The notes under the pieces: generated by a model
What the model was told of the DNA's origin: nothing
Databases searched by the model: none
The model's input: the letters and a program-made list of their open reading frames with translations, nothing else
Virus record (IMG/VR): IMGVR_UViG_3300027545_000002
Coordinates: 1 to 43,347 of that record
Direction: 5' to 3' (one strand)
DNA: 43,347 nt
Source of the DNA: a virus
Taxonomy: Duplodnaviria; Caudoviricetes
Made by a program: the position numbers and the translations under genes
In this document: positions 41,972 through 43,347 of the stretch, one piece after another
Layout of the letters: each line of letters starts with the position of its first letter
Numbering within the stretch: position 1 is the stretch's first letter

Positions 41972-43347
41972 CAAAATATACCTCGATTTTGAAACACGCT
42001 CCCTAGCTGATCTCAAAGCAGTTGGGGCAGCTAAGTATGCTGCTGATCCAAGTACTGATGTGTTGTGTGTTGGGGCTGCGGAAAATAAAGAACCGGCCAT
42101 GTTATGGAAACCCGGTGGGCAGTTATTTTCTTGGGCTAATGATCCGAAAAATATTTTCATCTCCCACGGCATTTTCGACCAATTTATATGGCAATCAGTA
42201 ATGGTCAAGAAATATGGCTATCCTGAGATTCCTATAGAACGTTGGCGCTGCACTATGGCTAAATGTTATGCCCATGGTCTTTCAGGTAGCCTTAAAGAAG
42301 CTGCCATAGCCCTTAAATTACCTATCCAAAAGGATATGGAAGGGCGTGATAATATGCTATCCCTTTCTAAGCCACGTAAAAATGGAACTTTTTGGACACC
42401 ACAAGACAAGCCAGAAGCATTTGAGAAATTGTATGAATATTGTAAAACTGATGTAGAAGTAATGAGGTTGATTGATGAAACTTTGCAAGATCTTACCCCA
42501 AAAGAACAAAAAATATGGTTTATTGATCAGCGGATTAACAGAGAGGGAATTAAAGTCGATACTGTCTCTATTAACAGAGCCATGGAACTTGCCAGCTCCG
42601 ATTTTCATAAAAGACGAAATAGATTTACAAGCATTACAGGTGCTGATCCTGAGAACCCACGTCAACGTGGAAAACTCTTAAAATGGTTAAATGAAAATGG
42701 TTTATTAGTTCAAGATACCCAAAAAGCTACATTACAAAAGCATCTTGATACTGATGTTGCTATGTCAGATGATATGAGAACGGTATTAGAAATTGCTGTT
42801 TCTGCTAATAAAAGCAGTTTAGCTAAATACTCAAAAATGTTAGAGAGGGCTGACGAGAATGGGCAAATTAGGGAAATACTACAATATCACGGAGCACATA
42901 CAGGCAGGTGGGCAGGGCGTGGAATACAGATTCAAAATTTTCCCAGAGAAACAAAAAATTCGGATAACGTGCTTGACGTGCTTAACACAGAAGATGAGGA
43001 ACTATTCTCTATCTTCTACAAAGATACTGCTGGGGCGCTCAGTTCGATGCTGCGAAAAGTTATTATCGCTCCTAGTGGATGTACCTTCTACGGTGCGGAC
43101 TTTAGCCAAATAGAAGCTAGAGTTTTAGCTTGGTTAGCTGGGCAAAAGTCAAAGCTAGAAGCGTATGAACGTGGGGAGGACCTATATTGTCAAGCAGCTA
43201 CAAGTATTTTTGGAAAAAAAGTGGAAAAAAGTGATAAGGCAGAAAGGCAAGTTGGCAAAGTTGCTGAACTAGCATTAGGTTTTGGTGGTGGAATTGGTGC
43301 GTTTGTTACCATGTCTAGCGCTTATAGTGTAGACATAAGCCCGCTTT
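41964..43347 (+). CDS. Family A DNA polymerase, N-terminal part (missed by track because it runs off the window)
   Basis: Open from ATG 41964 to the end: YLDFETRS (ExoI), YCKTDV (ExoIII), HTGRWAGRGIQIQNFPR, ADFSQIEARVLAW (motif A), RQVGKVAELALGFGGG (motif B). Confidence 0.96.
   Translation, partial: MSNKIYLDFETRSLADLKAVGAAKYAADPSTDVLCVGAAENKEPAMLWKPGGQLFSWANDPKNIFISHGIFDQFIWQSVMVKKYGYPEIPIERWRCTMAKCYAHGLSGSLKEAAIALKLPIQKDMEGRDNMLSLSKPRKNGTFWTPQDKPEAFEKLYEYCKTDVEVMRLIDETLQDLTPKEQKIWFIDQRINREGIKVDTVSINRAMELASSDFHKRRNRFTSITGADPENPRQRGKLLKWLNENGLLVQDTQKATLQKHLDTDVAMSDDMRTVLEIAVSANKSSLAKYSKMLERADENGQIREILQYHGAHTGRWAGRGIQIQNFPRETKNSDNVLDVLNTEDEELFSIFYKDTAGALSSMLRKVIIAPSGCTFYGADFSQIEARVLAWLAGQKSKLEAYERGEDLYCQAATSIFGKKVEKSDKAERQVGKVAELALGFGGGIGAFVTMSSAYSVDISPL

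Noticed and set aside
42357-43113. Short track ORFs at 42357, 42472 and 42859
   Set aside because: Alternative-frame or antisense shadows of the uninterrupted polymerase ORF.
1-43347. Alternative genetic code, diversity-generating retroelement, inteins or introns
   Set aside because: All three stop codons end well-formed genes, no reverse transcriptase or template/variable repeat pair was seen, and terminase, helicase and polymerase lack intein-sized insertions.

Overview
The window is a near-complete, circularly permuted genome of a tailed phage with podovirus-type structural genes (T7/BPP-1/APSE-like portal, adaptor, nozzle and ejection proteins). I recognised no phage RNA polymerase, integrase or repressor. 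The + strand arm (about 31.3 kb to the end, continuing at 1-1981) carries early genes and an APSE-type replication module: Prim-Pol, PriCT/VirE-type ATPase, SNF2 helicase, DUF2800 nuclease, DUF2815 SSB, GroES, a family A DNA polymerase split across the window ends, and a RuvC-like resolvase. The - strand arm (about 30.3 kb to 2.1 kb) carries packaging, head, tail and lysis genes. The arms diverge from a ~1.1 kb control region and converge on three hairpins near 2.0 kb. The most unusual signal is that five late proteins, including the T7-gp17-type tail fibre and a second fibre-like protein, carry Sec-type signal peptides, and two papain-fold cysteine peptidases sit between the fibre and the lysis genes. 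This suggests an extracytoplasmic route for fibre maturation. Other notable signals are a tRNA-like RNA with a shortened anticodon arm inside a larger structure, a promoter-driven ~190 nt ORF-less structured RNA, apparent ATA/ATC start codons, a shared C-terminal [DE][DE][DN]YxxD[LM] motif on four unrelated proteins, and exact 42-bp repeats bracketing an early gene. All calls come from reading motifs by eye; no searches or folding programs were run.
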